64,000 bases of DNA from Sphaerodactylus townsendi (taxonomy: Eukaryota): contig NC_059430.1 in the NCBI RefSeq assembly GCF_021028975.2, forward strand, positions 114,576,001-114,640,000, read 5' to 3'. Positions 60,738-64,000 of the stretch are shown one piece after another. The translations under genes were made by a program, and so were the position numbers. Every line of letters begins with the position of its first letter. Positions within the stretch are counted from its first letter, which is position 1. The notes beneath the pieces are model-generated. The model ran no database searches, was not told the DNA's origin, and was given only the letters and a program-made list of their open reading frames with translations.

Positions 60738-62236
60738 GGAAAATTTAGGAAGGCATTGAACATTGCTGAGTGGAACAGTAGGATATTGGCTGATGTCAAG
60801 ACTATATTGCAGCAAACTGGTGGTTGATAGCCATAAATCTGCCAGTTATGATGCTGAATTGCTTTTATAAACAACATTCAACTGTGTGGGGATCTTTGTT
60901 AGACTGGCTGCAGCAAATCAAGTTGCAAGGAGTTGGTGAAACTAATTCTCTCTTAGAATATCTGTGGCAGTGACACTGCGAGGCCTGGGATCCACATGTG
61001 GCTCTTTGACATGCCACCTGTGGTTCTTCTGAGCATAGTTTCCCATGACATCTGTCCCACATTCTGGGAGAGTGGGCAATTTCTTTAGAAATTGGGATTG
61101 ATTTCATCCTTACAGCCAGCCCGAGATACAGCTGTTTAATGTTTAAAGAGCTGCGCGACTTACCCATGCTGACTATATGAAGGTTGTGTAGAGGTAGGGT
61201 TTGTCTTTTTTCACGGCTGGGTTAACAAAAGCATCCGAATAACGTGGTGGAATCCAGCGTGCCAGTCTTGATGGCTTGGCATGAAGGCAACACTCACAGT
61301 AGTGGGGAACGATAACTCCAGATGCTCGGAGGCACTCTGCTGATTAAAAGGGTTATGTAATGCACAGTTAGTGTGTGGTTGGGGTGGTGCCCAGAAGTCA
61401 CATGACTCTTTCGCTGGATGGGAATTGCGAACGTGACTCTCCATAATCTAGGCTAAGTAGTACTGATCCACAGTTTTCAGGGTATAGATTGTGTACCTCA
61501 TGAAAATGAAGCTCTGTGAGAGAGTCGTAAGCCAGTCTCTTCCACTGTTTACCCCCTAGTTGTACGTATCTTTTTGAAAGGCCTACTAGGCATAGCGTGT
61601 GCATTCTCACACTGCCTTCTCTTCCTTGACAAAGCTGGAATTAGGGAACCTTGTTTCCCCCAAACTCCAGACCATCGCCATGAAGTCAGCAACTAACAGT
61701 GCAGTCCTATGCAGAGCTGTGCTCTTCCAGGTCCACTAACAGTAGTGAGCTTAGACAAGTATAGCTCTGCTTAGAGTTGCGCTGCAAGAGGCTTTGGGGT
61801 TTCCTTTCCATGGTGGCCCTGCAGTAACTGAACAGAGGCATGGCCGTGCAAGAAGAGAAAGTGCTGAGCTCAGAGCAGCAGAGGCAGCTGGGGTGAAACG
61901 GGGTCTCACCTGTGTGGCAGGCCAAGGACATTGCTTGTCAAGAATCTAATGAGATGGTGGTCAGCAAGAGCAAACAGCATGTGGAGTGCTCCTAGTGTTT
62001 GGGGTAGGAGTGAGGAATATCCCTCCAACTACAGGTCCTCCTGCAGGTCGTGATGAAGGGCATTGGTTTAGGCGTTGGCATGTAGAAAGCCAGATGCAAG
62101 GGGGGATAGCAGATGTTGTACATGCTGTAGGGCAGGGGTATCCAACTGTGGCCCTCCAGATGTTCATGGATTACGATTCCCATCAGCCCCTGCCAGCATT
62201 ATGCCACAGTTACATTCAGGTGTCTTGTGTTTATAG

Positions 62237-62442
62237 AGGGTTTGGTGGACGTGATCTTGTATCATCAACCTGATGATAAAAAGAAGAATCGTGGATTTTG
62301 CTTCCTGGAATACGAGGATCACAAATCAGCAGCGCAGGCTCGGCGTCGGCTGATGAGTGGGAAAGTAAAAGTCTGGGGAAATATTGTAACTGTGGAATGG
62401 GCTGATCCAGTAGAGGAACCCGATCCAGAGGTCATGGCAAAG
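62237..62442 (+). CDS. HNRNPR: HNRNPR exon 8, RRM2 (EGLVDVILYHQPDDKKKNRGFCFLEYEDHKSAAQARRRLMSGKVKVWGNIVTVEWADPVEEPDPEVMAK); gene continues beyond the window
   Basis: 206 nt; RNP1 RGFCFLEY; GTAAGG donor. Confidence 0.97.
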
Positions 62443-63084
62443 GTAAGGAAGCTGAAGCCATTATGAAATAAGCCTGTACCAAAACCTGTTTTTTTTTAAT
62501 TACCCACACCCGCCCTCAGAGGTCTCTTTGCTCTTTTTAAATAATCTGTTGAATCCTAAGAAGCGCAGAAAACAAAAAGAAATACCCACAATCCACAGCA
62601 TTCTTAAGCTATTGGTGAACTGTTATATCTGAGCAAAAGCAATTTATTTGTCGTGTGTTTGTGAATATTACATTTTATTTTATTTATTTTCAGATTTTTA
62701 TACCGCCCCTCCCTTGAAGGGCTCTGGGCGGTGTCCAACATAATTAAAACAACAATAATAGAACGTGTAATAACATATCACGTATAATACCAGCTCCACT
62801 GAGCATAACATTAAAACCCCATAAACAGCGTATCATACAAGATATATATTGGCGTCCAGCTTAAAATCTTAATAAAAAGAAACCCGCCCAGGAAAAAAAA
62901 GGAAAGAGAGCGGGGCCCCATAGATGTTAAGGGGCCCAAAGGAGAACAGAAGGAGAAATGGCATGTCCTGTATCATTTCCATGGATGATAACTTCGTACA
63001 TTTTAACAGCTTGTGATTATTTAAGAGTCTTTATTTAAACGAGTCCTTCCTGGCTACAGAGGTCGAGTGTCTGCTTTTCATTCA

Positions 63085-63248
63085 TTCAGAAGCTCCCAGG
63101 TTCAACCCCTGGCATCTCCAGTAAAAAGGATCAGGTAGAAGGCGATGTGAAAGACCTCAGTCTATGATTCTGGATAGCCATTGCCAGGCAGAGTAAGCAG
63201 ATCTGACACTGGTAGACCAGTATTCTGCCTTGGCATAAGGCTGCTTCG
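63085..63248 (+). mobile_element. tRNA-derived SINE with CR1-like tail (second family)
   Basis: B box GGTTCAACCCC then GGCATCTCCAG...GATGTGAAAGACCTC; related copies near 10195-10450 and 45725-45900. Confidence 0.55.
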
Positions 63249-63422
63249 TTGTCAGAATTATATGGCTGAATCAAGCAGCTGAATCAAAAGGCCGTAACCA
63301 CAATCCTGCTATTTATAGCACTCCCTTCTCCTAGCTAAGGCATCCTTGTGGGCTCCTTATCTGCTCCTCAGAGCTGATCAATGAAGGGCACTGCACCAGC
63401 TGTACCCAGCCTTGGATTAGCC

Positions 63423-63548
63423 CAGGGGTCTGCAACCTGCGGCTCTCCAGATGTTCATGGACTACAATTCCCAATTGACCATGTTGGCAGGGGCTGATGG
63501 GAATTGTAGTCCATGAACATCTGGAGAGCCGCAGGTTGCAGACCCCTG
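63423..63548. mobile_element. Palindromic hAT MITE (same family)
   Basis: Near-perfect hairpin; perfect TSD GATTAGCC. Confidence 0.9.
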
Positions 63549-64000
63549 GATTAGCCATTAAGCATAATAAGGATGTGCTTAGGGCACCTATGGGAAAGGG
63601 GGTACCACAGGAAGTGAAGAAGGGCACCACCACCAAAAAAAATTGCCTTGCCTAAAAAAATAAGGTGTGAAAGAGAAGCACCACCTCCACAAAAAAAGTT
63701 AGTTCAACTTCAGGTGAACTAGGGTCCCGCAAAGAAGGTCTCTGACACATATATGTATATCTTACAGATAGAAACACAGCCTTAACTAAAATGCATAAGG
63801 ATCGACATTCCTCTATTTGCATCTTAGGGGTCACTACCTATTACCATAAGTGCATTCATTGATTTTGGTTCAACCACTGGGAGCAACCATTTTACTTGCT
63901 TATATATGTTATCACAGTATCAATATAGGTATATACCGTATTTTCTACCGCCCAGAACTAGTAGTACACAAATAAATTGCTTTTTGCTTTAACGTGTTAA

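Noticed and set aside
51815-62442. SYNCRIP (hnRNP Q) instead of HNRNPR
   Set aside because: Diagnostic residues ([31 protein letters not shown]) fit HNRNPR.

Overview
Vertebrate genomic DNA, most likely a squamate reptile and probably a gecko. This is inferred from the repeat content: Ther1/MIR-derived Squam3-like SINEs, 5S-Sauria-like SINEs, CR1, L2, RTE, hAT/Tc2 MITEs and Penelope remnants. Three protein-coding genes can be reconstructed exon by exon with GT-AG boundaries. DNAJC8 (- strand, 9 coding exons, 27813->7971, 250 aa) is complete. ATP5IF1 (+ strand, 3 coding exons, 34270-38362, 117 aa) is complete and head-to-head with DNAJC8. HNRNPR (+ strand) is present only as its 5' part: CpG-island exon 1 near 44.4 kb and coding exons 2-8; its start codon is hidden in a 180-N gap and the gene runs off the window end. 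The most unusual unexplained structure is a ~385-bp foldback palindrome (28645-29028) between DNAJC8 and ATP5IF1, built around a 12-bp-periodic CGATCG array and lying just downstream of a CCAAT/GC-box promoter-like segment. Other points of interest: a candidate 83-nt poison exon in a TE-free stretch of HNRNPR intron 2, decayed minimal hammerhead ribozymes in Penelope-like remnants, a near-full-length nested LINE in DNAJC8 intron 7, an OC1-like hAT MITE, and a synteny difference from human. All family assignments come from recalled consensus features, not database searches; repeat boundaries without target-site duplications (TSDs) are approximate.
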